From: an uncultured Anaerolineaceae bacterium
GTDB taxonomy: Bacteria; Chloroflexota; Anaerolineae; Anaerolineales; E44-bin32
Reading direction: 5' to 3'
Assembly (NCBI GenBank): GCA_964475265.1
Contig: CAYYVY010000009.1
Span: forward strand, 1,002-65,001
DNA: 64,000 nucleotides
Part shown: one piece after another, positions 29,606 through 38,988 of the stretch
How the letters are laid out: every line of letters starts with the position of its first letter
Position numbering within the stretch: the stretch's first letter is position 1
The notes under the pieces: generated by a model
Told to the model about the DNA's origin: nothing
Databases searched by the model: none
The model's input: only the letters and a program-made list of their open reading frames with translations
Program-made: the position numbers and the translations under genes

Positions 29606-29863
29606 TCACATTGACGAAGTTGCATCCATGCGTCTCACCAGGATTAAATTCAAACCCAGGTCACGAATCCGGGACAAAATTCCGTGCAGCGCGGCTTGAT
29701 CAGGGATGTCGCCATAGAAAGTGGTGATGATCTTCCCATCATGTTCTTCGATGTTGATCTGCATACCCTCAAACCAAGAAGACCAGTTGTGATCCAATCG
29801 TCCCTGGACTTTAATTTCATACACCGCCAAGGAATCCGTATATTTTTTCGTGGAGTTTTGCAT
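29606..29863 (-). CDS. Small ACT-like hypothetical protein following a MalT-type regulator
   Basis: YEIKVQGRLDHNWSSWFEG...PDQAALHGILSRIRDLGLNLI. Confidence 0.75.
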   Translation of the reverse strand: MQNSTKKYTDSLAVYEIKVQGRLDHNWSSWFEGMQINIEEHDGKIITTFYGDIPDQAALHGILSRIRDLGLNLILVRRMDATSSM

Positions 29864-29909
29864 CCTCAACCCTCATAGGAGCACAAAAACCGCTGGCCTG
29901 GATGGACTT

Positions 29910-29958
29910 ACTCTATCAAGCAAGCGGTGTCATTGTCGTCACCCAAGAGGGTGATTGC
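29910..29958 (-). promoter_or_regulatory. Candidate operator TCAC-N8-GTGA with -10 element for the selenium operon
   Basis: TCACCCAAGAGGGTGA at 29939-29954; TAGAGT on the minus strand at 29915-29910, 23 nt downstream. Confidence 0.5.
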
Positions 29959-29976
29959 GGGTACCAATTTAGACGG

Positions 29977-32727
29977 TTATTCGAGAATCCCCAATTCGCG
30001 CGCACGTGCAACGGCCTGTGTGCGCCGCGAAACGTCAAGCTTGCGAAAGATGTGCGAGATGTGTGTTTTCACGGTGTTCACAGAAATATAGAGTCGTTCG
30101 GAGATTTCCGGATTTGAAATCCCTGTGGCAATTAATTGTAGAATCTCCAATTCGCGCGGTCTCAAAGGCTCGATCAGCTGATCCTGCTTTCTGGTTTGTG
30201 ACCGGGGTGACTCTATTTCCTGTTTCCAAAGGTTGGATATCGTACACAAGCGCGCAATATACTCGGGGTAACTACTGCTTGGCTTTACTCGCTGCAGCAA
30301 TCGAAGCAACGGTTCGCCTTCACCGATGAAAACGTGGGTGAATTCTTGGGGCATGGCTATGGCGAGAGCCTGCTCCAGGTTTTCAGCTGCGCGTTGATTT
30401 TGACCATGGGCCTCGTACGCAAGCGCTTGCAGGATCATGATTTCGATTTGCGAAGGAAGATCGTTGCGGTGCTCAGCGATTGCGCCTTGACTCATCAAGA
30501 TGGCTTGCAACTGTTTCAGGCTGGCCACGGGTTGTGAATAATTTCGTTGGTGCTGGGCGAGAATCACTCTCGCCAGCGCGAGGACTTCGGTGTTGATATC
30601 GTTGGAATCCACATCCAGGATCTCTCCTCGAGCTTTTGCCCACTGAAACGCGTTATCGAGATAGTCTGGTTCTGTCTGCGCCTGCCGAAGCCATAATCGT
30701 ACCCGTTGTGTGCTGATGTTTAGCGTTTCGTTCGGATGCAATTGCTCGGCTTTGTGCAATGATTCCAGAGCCGCTGTGATCTGCCCCCAAATTTGCTGGA
30801 TGGCCGCGAGTTCGAGCAATCCCTGACATTGATGGACAGGTGCGGAGGTCAATTCAAGCAAGCTCAATCCGTGCTGAATTGAATCAATAGCCTCATGAAG
30901 ATATCCCTGCTCGAGTAAAGTGCCGCCAAAGACGATTTCGATCGTGCCGGCGTAAGGGATTAACCGATCCCCCACTTTGTCTCTGATCGTTTGTAATCCC
31001 CTGTTACATGTCTCAACCGCGTCGTGCAAATCTCCCCGCGCACGGGCGATATCCGCAAGCGCAGTAATGCCGGCTGAGGCGTTAAACAGGTCGTTGCTGG
31101 CGATACCGGTATGCCAGGCTTCTTTGAATGATTCACGAGCAGCATCGATGTCCCCGTTGCGCTGGTAGCCTTTCCCCAAGTTGAAGGCCAGCGCGCTGCG
31201 GAACAGGGTTTCATCTTCTGGAAGACGCTCGATCGCTTGAACTGTGAAGTCGATCGCTTTTTGGATGTCCTCTCCGCGTAGTTGGAGCAAGTAAGCCCGA
31301 ACTTTGTCGATGTAGTGCTTGGCAACAGGGGTCACCGGGGGGCTCATTTTCTGCGCTGTGCTGTCTGCCTCCAATGCCGTTTCCGCGAACTGCAGCCACT
31401 TCTCGACCAGGGCCGCAGATTCGGGGGTGTCGAGTGTATTCAGATGATCCAACAAGATGCAGCTGGCGAAGACAGCACTAAGTAATGAGTGGGAACGCAA
31501 TACTTCTTCAGGTAGCGATTTCAGCCACTTGTACACCAGTACGGTTTCGCTGCGGTAGAAGATGCTTAATACATGTCGTTTGATGATCTCTGCGGCGTAG
31601 TCAGGTTGCTGCGCGGTCAATGCATATTTTATCGCTTCATCGATTAATCCCTCTTGCTCGAACCACTGGCTGGCTCGAATGCGGATTGAATTGATCCGCT
31701 CCTGATCATGCAACAAACAAAGCCGATGATAGAGCAAATCGGCGAACAAGTGATGATAACGGAACCAGAATCGACGATTGTCCAGGGGAATGATGAAGAG
31801 ATTGATCCGCTCCAATCCGTCCAATATGTCTTGGCTGTCGTCGCGATTTGTGAGTACATCGCAAAGCGGCGCGCAAATTCTTTCTAAAGCCGAGGTTTGA
31901 TAAAGAAAATCCTGAATATCAGCTGGTTGGTCTTGAAGGATTTCTTCAACCAAATAGTCCATCACATAACGGTCGTCGCCTGCAAAGGCGTCGATAAATT
32001 CCTGTTTCTCTTTACTGTCCAATGCTTGCAGCGAGAGTGCAGCCAGGTGTAAGCCAACGGCCCACCCTTCCGTCCGTTTCTCCAATGCAGCGACATCATC
32101 GACCGGTAGATCCAGGTTGGAAATCGTGTTGAGGAACTCGTGGACTTCTTCAACTGTAAACCTGAGATCAGCAACGCGGATTTCGGTCAACTCGGCGCGA
32201 GCTCGCCAACGTGCAACTGTGAGTGGAGGATTTTCGCGCGTTGCGATCACGATGTGGATATCTGGAGGCAGGTGATCGATAAAGTAATCCAAACCCTGGT
32301 GGATGGTTTCCTCTTGTAAGAGGTGGTAATCATCGAGCACCAGTATGAAGGGGGAAGAGATGGAGGAGAGATCGTTGATTAAGACGGTCAGCAGGGATTC
32401 CAGGGGTGGAGGTTGCGATAACTGCAGCGAAGCTTTCACCCCTTCTCCGAGCGATGGATGCAGTGTTTGTATGGCTGCGATCAAATACTGCCAGAACCTG
32501 CCGGCATCGTTGTCTTGTGTATCTAAAGAAAGCCAGGCGGCAGAACCGTCTCGCTGCTGCAGCCAAGCACTCACCAAGGTTGTCTTTCCGAAACCAGCGG
32601 GTGCGCAGATCAGCGTAATTCGTCCTGCCAGGCCGGCGTCCAACTGCTCGATCAGCCGTTCGCGCGGCACGAGGTCCAGTCGCGTTTGAGGGATATATAG
32701 CTTTGTCGTCAGCAACGAGGTCGACAT
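29977..32727 (-). CDS. MalT-family STAND ATPase / LuxR HTH regulator
   Basis: CAPAGFGKT, LVLDDYH, TEGWAVGL, FRYHHLF, C-terminal HTH LRPRELEIL...RRTQAV. Confidence 0.93.
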   Translation of the reverse strand: MSTSLLTTKLYIPQTRLDLVPRERLIEQLDAGLAGRITLICAPAGFGKTTLVSAWLQQRDGSAAWLSLDTQDNDAGRFWQYLIAAIQTLHPSLGEGVKASLQLSQPPPLESLLTVLINDLSSISSPFILVLDDYHLLQEETIHQGLDYFIDHLPPDIHIVIATRENPPLTVARWRARAELTEIRVADLRFTVEEVHEFLNTISNLDLPVDDVAALEKRTEGWAVGLHLAALSLQALDSKEKQEFIDAFAGDDRYVMDYLVEEILQDQPADIQDFLYQTSALERICAPLCDVLTNRDDSQDILDGLERINLFIIPLDNRRFWFRYHHLFADLLYHRLCLLHDQERINSIRIRASQWFEQEGLIDEAIKYALTAQQPDYAAEIIKRHVLSIFYRSETVLVYKWLKSLPEEVLRSHSLLSAVFASCILLDHLNTLDTPESAALVEKWLQFAETALEADSTAQKMSPPVTPVAKHYIDKVRAYLLQLRGEDIQKAIDFTVQAIERLPEDETLFRSALAFNLGKGYQRNGDIDAARESFKEAWHTGIASNDLFNASAGITALADIARARGDLHDAVETCNRGLQTIRDKVGDRLIPYAGTIEIVFGGTLLEQGYLHEAIDSIQHGLSLLELTSAPVHQCQGLLELAAIQQIWGQITAALESLHKAEQLHPNETLNISTQRVRLWLRQAQTEPDYLDNAFQWAKARGEILDVDSNDINTEVLALARVILAQHQRNYSQPVASLKQLQAILMSQGAIAEHRNDLPSQIEIMILQALAYEAHGQNQRAAENLEQALAIAMPQEFTHVFIGEGEPLLRLLQRVKPSSSYPEYIARLCTISNLWKQEIESPRSQTRKQDQLIEPLRPRELEILQLIATGISNPEISERLYISVNTVKTHISHIFRKLDVSRRTQAVARARELGILE

Positions 32728-32905
32728 AATTGGCTACCGAAAGGATTCTTAAACCCGCATATGATCCGATACTAGCATGATTTTCATTGATATCCACCTC
32801 CCGGCGCGAATCGGATTCAAGAATCACGAATTTCCGTCGGAGTGTTCAAACCCGAATTGGTGCGATGTCATTGCTCCGCGATCCGGGAAGTGGAACAGTG
32901 CATCT

Positions 32906-33955
32906 TTATTGACTCTGCTCCCACTGAACGTACGCTTCATACATCTCAGGCAGAGTCATCCATTGTACTTGCCCGAGCTGCACGTATGGCTGAATGCGTT
33001 GGAGCCAGGCTTCGACCACTTCGGTCTCGACTGGCGACCCGATACTTTTTCCGACGTAGTAAATGTTAACCTTGCCAGGCTCTGAGAGCGCGATTGCCGC
33101 TTCGAGTTCGGCGATAAAGGCGTCGATGTCCGCCATTTGCGTAGGCATCTCGCCGCTTTCTGCCAATATCACCAGCTGGCCGTTGGGATCATGGGTGAGC
33201 CAGTCCAGTCCGCTGTTGGCGCGCCAGGGGTGGATGCGCTCGGCCAGCTCGGCGGGAATTACGTCGTGGCACTCCGATGGTGTCTTACAGTCGCGGTATT
33301 CGGGTGGGCGTTGCGCTTCGGGCATGGACATCACGCTGTACGACACGATGCCGGTGGTGAAAAGGTAGCCGGCATCGACCGAGGCAGTGACCCAATCGCA
33401 GTGGGATGTGTTTCCCGAGAGGTGGCGTACGATCACACCCAGGGATTCGAGCTGCTCTTTTTCAGCCCGCAGATCACCGGCGAATCGGGCGCAGTTGTAA
33501 TTCAACTGTCCACCGATATCCGCATGCACACCGACGCCGTGGCCGCGCTGCTGCATTTCCAGCAGTACGTTATCCCCCCATTGTATGATTCCGTCGGTGA
33601 GTTCCTTGCTTTCCCAGGTAAGCTTCGCCCCGTATGTTTCGAAGAGCGAAGCCCACTCGCGCACGATGCGCACGTGCTGTTCGAATTTTGCTTCATTTTT
33701 ATCGTCCCCCCAACCTTCGAGATGGATCATCAGCCCAAGGTTGAGGAGCGCTTGGCCGTCGATCACGCCGCCGCAATCTTCGGGGCAGTTCCTGGCATTC
33801 TCCGGTCCGTCGCAGATCGCATCACCGCACTTTTTATCCGGCGTTGGAGCTTGCGGTTCAACCTGCGTTTTCTCGAGTGTGCTGATTTGGCAGGCAGTGC
33901 AGAACAACGTCAGGAAGAAGAGACACAGAAAAATGGTTCGTCGCATACGGATCAC
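32906..33955 (-). CDS. Lipoprotein with Cys-rich motif and probable polysaccharide-deacetylase-like barrel
   Basis: CTAC lipobox; CGDAICDGPENARNCPEDC; IHLEG, KLTWE, GHGVGVH, VQWMTLPE. Confidence 0.6.
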   Translation of the reverse strand: MIRMRRTIFLCLFFLTLFCTACQISTLEKTQVEPQAPTPDKKCGDAICDGPENARNCPEDCGGVIDGQALLNLGLMIHLEGWGDDKNEAKFEQHVRIVREWASLFETYGAKLTWESKELTDGIIQWGDNVLLEMQQRGHGVGVHADIGGQLNYNCARFAGDLRAEKEQLESLGVIVRHLSGNTSHCDWVTASVDAGYLFTTGIVSYSVMSMPEAQRPPEYRDCKTPSECHDVIPAELAERIHPWRANSGLDWLTHDPNGQLVILAESGEMPTQMADIDAFIAELEAAIALSEPGKVNIYYVGKSIGSPVETEVVEAWLQRIQPYVQLGQVQWMTLPEMYEAYVQWEQSQ

Positions 33956-34042
33956 CTTGTTATCGGAAGTGCCTTCAGGCGGTAATTATATAGAAATCGA
34001 AGGATCATGCTTTCCGTGGTGGCTTGGAGTGCAGGGAAATGA

Positions 34043-34071
34043 TTGAAGCCATCCTCGTTTTCAGGTATGCT
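34043..34071 (+). promoter_or_regulatory. Sigma70-type promoter
   Basis: TTGAAG, 17 nt, TATGCT. Confidence 0.55.
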
Positions 34072-34077
34072 GTAGGC

Positions 34078-34192
34078 GGTATCCGGCAGCACATTGCTTT
34101 CCCCAGGAGAGCCGTCAGACCAAGGCGCAGCGGGGAGCCTGACAACGGCACAATGAGAAACCCGACTTCGCAGGAGGACCGGGTTTCTTTCT
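34078..34192 (+). ncRNA. Candidate structured leader or small RNA ending in an intrinsic terminator (family not recognised)
   Basis: CAUUG/CAAUG, GCCGUCAG/CUGAC(AA)CGGC and UUCCCC/GGGGAG pairings; terminator AGAAACCCG...CGGGUUUCU-UUCU. Confidence 0.4.
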
Positions 34193-34235
34193 ATCTGCGG
34201 CCTGTTCGCCCATGCGCATTAATCGAGGTAATCGA

Positions 34236-36179
34236 ATGGTTGAAACGAAGAGCAACTTATTGGTCGTGAGCGATCTGCATTTGAGCGAGGGCTTCCGGCT
34301 TGAAACGGGAAAGTGGTCGCCGAATGAGGATTTCCTGGCCGATAAAGCTTTCGCAGATTTCCTGCGTTACCACGATGCACACCGTCAGAATGGGCTTCCC
34401 TGGAAGTTGATCATCGCTGGGGATGGCTTTGAATTCCTGCAAATTCTCTCCCTCCCGGCCTCGGATGCGGACGATTTAACGCGCAGGATCAGCCGCCTCG
34501 TTCAAGACGAAAATGCAACTCCCATTCTTCATGCCATCGCCTTACCCGAGGATAGAAGGCAGCAGGCGTTGAATCGTCTGGATGAGGCCATCCGGGCGAT
34601 GCGGGACCATCACGTCGATACATACCGTGTGCTGATCCAACAAGCGGAGCGACTGAGCGTATGGGGGAAAAAGATCTCATTGGATCGCATCTGGGATCTG
34701 GAGCGCATGACAACCGAACTCAGAATTCTGGCCTGCCGGAAGGAACCGCGATTGTCGAAAAATGAGCGCCGCTATGGATTGGGCACCACAGAACCGGAAG
34801 CGGTCTGGAAGCTAGATCGCATCGCCGAGGGGCATCCGATTTTCTTCAGTGCGCTCGCCTGGTTCCTCGATCGAGGCAATTCACTCCTGATCATGAAAGG
34901 CAATCACGATGTTGAGTTATTCTGGCCCGGAGTGCAGGACCGAATTCGCGAGTTGATCCTCGACGCCGCGGTGGATTTACGCCTTTCCGATCCCGCCTGG
35001 TCGACGGAGGCGACCGCGCTGCTCCAAAATCCAGAACAATTAGGAGAGTATGTCCAAACCCAATGCACATTCGAACCCTGGATTTTCTACGAGCCCAGCG
35101 TGGCCTACATCGAACATGGCAATCAATACGAGTTGGCGGATTATTTCGAAAATTTCGTCTATCCCACTTTACAGATCGATGACCAACGCCTTCGTCTCCC
35201 GTCAGGCTCTTTCTTCGTGCGCTATTTTTTCAACAAGGTCGAAGCTACGTTCCCCTTCGCAGATAATTTGAGACCGATAACGCGTGTCATCACCTGGTTT
35301 TTTAAAAATCGTTTTAAAGACACGATACGCTTGTTTACGGAACACTCGTCAGGCTTGTGGAAATTCGTTAAAGTCCTCATCTCACGCAGCGTGAAGGATT
35401 ATTTTAGCGATCGAAGTAGATCCAAACTCCGCTTTCGTAAAGTGCGTCCGGGTGAGGAATTAAACGCGGCCGAAGAATGGCAATCGGCAGCAGACAACTA
35501 TCATGTGTACACCCATGTCCATCTGGCTCGGGGAAACCTGACCCACGAACACCTTGAGCGGATTGAGGACGAAGCCTTTGTAAAACGTGTTATTCCCTTG
35601 CATAAAATCTTTCGTTTTGCGGTTATCGCCATGCCGCCTTTGTTGATCGGTTTCTTTCTGTTGCTCGTCTTTGTGGGGCCGTTCGTTTGGGAGTTCCTTG
35701 TATCCGACACTTTCGAGATGCTTTTCGATAACTATCTCAACCGGGCGATCATCTTGGGGGTATTCGGCTTCCTCCTCAAATCGATCCTGGCGCCGCTCAT
35801 TTTTTCCCGTGATGAAGGGGTTGCAGCGCATGATTATCTGTTTTCCGCTTCAAAGAAAGTCTGGGAGATTCTCTCGGACCCCATGGGGTCCGAATCCGCG
35901 CCGCTTGTGCAATATCTCATCTTTGGACACACGCATGATCCGGACTGCCGTAAAGTAAACCAGGAACCTTCTTCGCCCTGGTACGTCAATACAGGTTCCT
36001 GGCTGCAGCGAGTAGATGAGATTGACAAATGGGACCAACTGCAACGAGATTACACTTACCTCGAAATCGTGATTGGTGAACAAACAATTGTCCCTGGCCT
36101 GTATCGCTGGAATCCGATTTCCGCACAGCCGGAACGCCTGCGCCGGCGGGAAACGAGAACTAAGGTAAATGACGGGTAA
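34236..36179 (+). CDS. Calcineurin-like metallophosphoesterase with helical and TM insertions
   Basis: SDLH, GD, GNHD, EHGN, GHTH and NTGSW motifs; two TM segments before GHTH. Confidence 0.82.
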   Translation: MVETKSNLLVVSDLHLSEGFRLETGKWSPNEDFLADKAFADFLRYHDAHRQNGLPWKLIIAGDGFEFLQILSLPASDADDLTRRISRLVQDENATPILHAIALPEDRRQQALNRLDEAIRAMRDHHVDTYRVLIQQAERLSVWGKKISLDRIWDLERMTTELRILACRKEPRLSKNERRYGLGTTEPEAVWKLDRIAEGHPIFFSALAWFLDRGNSLLIMKGNHDVELFWPGVQDRIRELILDAAVDLRLSDPAWSTEATALLQNPEQLGEYVQTQCTFEPWIFYEPSVAYIEHGNQYELADYFENFVYPTLQIDDQRLRLPSGSFFVRYFFNKVEATFPFADNLRPITRVITWFFKNRFKDTIRLFTEHSSGLWKFVKVLISRSVKDYFSDRSRSKLRFRKVRPGEELNAAEEWQSAADNYHVYTHVHLARGNLTHEHLERIEDEAFVKRVIPLHKIFRFAVIAMPPLLIGFFLLLVFVGPFVWEFLVSDTFEMLFDNYLNRAIILGVFGFLLKSILAPLIFSRDEGVAAHDYLFSASKKVWEILSDPMGSESAPLVQYLIFGHTHDPDCRKVNQEPSSPWYVNTGSWLQRVDEIDKWDQLQRDYTYLEIVIGEQTIVPGLYRWNPISAQPERLRRRETRTKVNDG

Positions 36180-36192
36180 AGGATGCATGCGG

Positions 36193-36224
36193 ATAACGCA
36201 TAACGCCTAAGCGTTATGCGTTGT
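36193..36224. terminator. Hairpin between convergent genes
   Basis: AACGCATAACGC-CTAA-GCGTTATGCGTT. Confidence 0.65.
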
Positions 36225-36287
36225 GGATGTCATCGCTGGCTGTCTCTGCAGCTTTCGACCCCGATCTGCGATCGAACCGATGCGGGA

Positions 36288-37181
36288 TTACACGGTTTCC
36301 GCGGCAATCAAGTTGCGATAGGTCAAAGTCCAGGAGCCGGTGGTGAACGTGCGCGTAAGGCCGCTGGCCGCCAACAAGATCGGCAGGTAGAGCAGGATCC
36401 CGATTATGCTGCTGCCGATGCCAACAAGTTCGTTGCCGTTGGCCCATCCGATAATCAACGGTAGGACCATCAGGATGATGGGGATTGTCAGGATCAATCC
36501 GACGATGAAACCGCCGATCCCCAAGATCAAGCCCATGACGATGATTTCACCCGGATTCGTGCGCATGATCTCCCACGATCGTTTGAATGAGGTTATGATG
36601 TCGAGATCTTCGACGATCACGGCAACTTGTGTCAGCATGGTGTAGATCGAGAGCAGGATCGTCAGGGGAATCAACAAGCAGATGAGGGGGAGCAAGCATA
36701 ACGCTCCGATTCCCAGCGTCAGAACAGAGAAGACGATCCCCGCAATGATCCCTGCGATGGCAATCACCAGCACCGCGAAGCCAATGATGAGTTGGATCGC
36801 TAACAGCTTCCAGAAATGACGGACTCCCTGCCGGAAAGATCGGGCTAACGTGGGGGTCTCGCCCATCTCGGCCATGTGGAAACCAGAGATCAGGCCGCCG
36901 TTGCCGATCGCCGATAACGCCCAAAGCACGAGTGCCAGCAAAATGATGGCGCAGACGGCGACGATGGCAATGGTGATCCAGGTCTCTTCCGGAACTCCCT
37001 GTATCCAATTTTCGAGTCGGGGGAATTCACCTGCGTTGAAACGGTACTCTGTAGATCTGCCTGCGTTTCCAGAGCTCTGGCTGCTGCTGCCGGAACAATT
37101 GGCCAGGATGCCCAGGACCCATAGTCCTTTATTCTTCCAGGTGATCTCCCAGGTGCGTTTGAAAATATTTGCGATATCCAT
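36288..37181 (-). CDS. Hypothetical multi-pass membrane protein
   Basis: TWEITWKNKGLWVLG start, multiple TM helices, WTLTYRNL end; AAAGGA RBS. Confidence 0.75.
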   Translation of the reverse strand: MDIANIFKRTWEITWKNKGLWVLGILANCSGSSSQSSGNAGRSTEYRFNAGEFPRLENWIQGVPEETWITIAIVAVCAIILLALVLWALSAIGNGGLISGFHMAEMGETPTLARSFRQGVRHFWKLLAIQLIIGFAVLVIAIAGIIAGIVFSVLTLGIGALCLLPLICLLIPLTILLSIYTMLTQVAVIVEDLDIITSFKRSWEIMRTNPGEIIVMGLILGIGGFIVGLILTIPIILMVLPLIIGWANGNELVGIGSSIIGILLYLPILLAASGLTRTFTTGSWTLTYRNLIAAETV

Positions 37182-37644
37182 GTGTTTTCCTTTCATGAGC
37201 GTCTTTCGCGTACAGGATGATCCTACAATAGGAACTCCACATTCACTCCATAATGGGCCCTCATTTAGCTGACAATAAACCTACGCGGTGGGTTGCTCTT
37301 GGAACTGTGCAATCCGTATGACCGCCTCGTTGAGTTCCTTTGGCATCCGCTTTGCCCAGGTGATCAATCAACTGCGATATGGACACGTACTCATTGTTTT
37401 ATAATTATGGAAGCAACAAATCGACGTATGCGGAAGAGCGCACATCCTTGCACACGCATTCAGATTTGGGGGTGTCTTTCATCTCCTTTTTCTTGATCTG
37501 GGCAGCAGTCTGGGGTGCTACGACAAATTTCACATTGGTACGGAAGCCCGAGTTCGTGCCTGGCAAAAGGCATGACTTGCGTTCGGCATGTACAGCGTGA
37601 AGCGCAGTCGCATAACGTCGTGCAGTTCATCGAGGAGGCAGACG

Positions 37645-38952
37645 ATGCCCGATGCGTCGGGAATGCAAACAGGTGCCTGGGCGGCGAGGGAGCTGCAGTC
37701 TTGGCGTGAGCGCACGCTACGCAAGATTTTAATCGCCATACTCGTTGCGGGAGTCATCCCCATTACGCTCACGTTGTACAGAGCCTATCAAATACCCCAT
37801 CACCGTTCCGCAGCCGCGAGCGCGGTTGTGGCATATCTCCTGGTGATCCTGCTACTTGTCCTGAAGCGTCTCCCGCACCGCGTGAGAGGTTGGGGGATGC
37901 TGCTGGGTGGCTATGTGCTTGCTGCGGAGACGCTGGTTGCCGGTGGGATGATCGGCAACGGACGTTTAGTTCTGGTCGCCATTCCAGTGGCGGCGATCGT
38001 GTTGATTGATGTGCGCTCGGGAATCGTGGCAACTGTGCTGAGCTGGATTCTCTACGTTGGCTATACAATCGGTGCATCTCAGGATGCATTTGCACAATGG
38101 ATGGTGAATCCCAATCCTGCACTTTCTCCTTTCACCTGGATTTTCGAGATCATCGCATTTACTGCGATGCTGACGGTATTCACGCTGCACGTTGCGTTGA
38201 TCGTTCAGGTGCAAGGTAGACTGCTCCTGCGGGTGGAACGTTCGGCGGTGGCGTTGGATGCGGCCCGGGCCCGAGTTTCTACGGCGCGCGAACAGGAACG
38301 TCGAACCGTCGCCGGCCATCTGCACGACGGTCCCGTTCAGGATTTAATCGCCCTGAGTTACCAACTCAGCGACTATCGTGATCAAGCGCATGACACGAAA
38401 CTGACGGAGGCGCTGGAAAACGCGGTGCGGGAGGTTCAACGCATCATGCGTACCGTACGTGATGCCTGCAGCCGCTTACGCTCCGGCGGATTGGATGCGA
38501 TGGGGTTGGAAGCATCGATGGCCGAACACACCACCCGGTTGATGGAGAAGACCGGTCTGACGGTTAATCTCGATGTGCCCGAAACCCGTTCGTTGCCCGA
38601 CGAATCTATCACAATGCTGCTTCTATCGACGTATAAGGAAGCTGTGAATAACGCGGCGAAGCATTCCGGTGCTCGCGAGGTGTGGGTGAAACTTCGCCTG
38701 GATGACAACCAGTATGAATTGGAAGTACGGGATGAGGGGCAGGGTTTCGTCAAACCCGAACAACTCGATGCGATGGAATTGGATGGGCACTACGGCTTAG
38801 TCATGATGAAGGAGCGCCTGGAGAAAGCGGGAGGCTATTTGGAGGTGCGATCGGAGGTGGGACGCGGGACGACGGTCCGCGCTTGGGGAAGGTGTGGAAG
38901 CGGCTCAACCACGACCGATCGAATACCGAACGAGGTCGAGACCGATGCATGA
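37645..38952 (+). CDS. Membrane sensor histidine kinase (HisKA_3/NarQ type)
   Basis: TM region; ERRTVAGHLHDGPVQ H-box, EAVNNAAKHS, DEGQGF, HYGL; GAGGAGG RBS. Confidence 0.92.
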   Translation: MPDASGMQTGAWAARELQSWRERTLRKILIAILVAGVIPITLTLYRAYQIPHHRSAAASAVVAYLLVILLLVLKRLPHRVRGWGMLLGGYVLAAETLVAGGMIGNGRLVLVAIPVAAIVLIDVRSGIVATVLSWILYVGYTIGASQDAFAQWMVNPNPALSPFTWIFEIIAFTAMLTVFTLHVALIVQVQGRLLLRVERSAVALDAARARVSTAREQERRTVAGHLHDGPVQDLIALSYQLSDYRDQAHDTKLTEALENAVREVQRIMRTVRDACSRLRSGGLDAMGLEASMAEHTTRLMEKTGLTVNLDVPETRSLPDESITMLLLSTYKEAVNNAAKHSGAREVWVKLRLDDNQYELEVRDEGQGFVKPEQLDAMELDGHYGLVMMKERLEKAGGYLEVRSEVGRGTTVRAWGRCGSGSTTTDRIPNEVETDA

Positions 38953-38988
38953 CTCCACGCAATATACATCGAGGATCGAGGTGCATGA

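Noticed and set aside
29597-29608. Second Sec readthrough fusing the small ACT-like gene to the propeller (its TGA is in frame)
   Set aside because: The downstream gene has its own AGGGAG RBS and signal peptide, the paralogous small protein ends at a similar point, and no Cys aligns there
34078-34192. Assignment to SAH, guanidine-III, glycine or cobalamin riboswitches, SRP RNA or tRNA-Sec
   Set aside because: Only short fragments resemble these families and their core conserved nucleotides are missing
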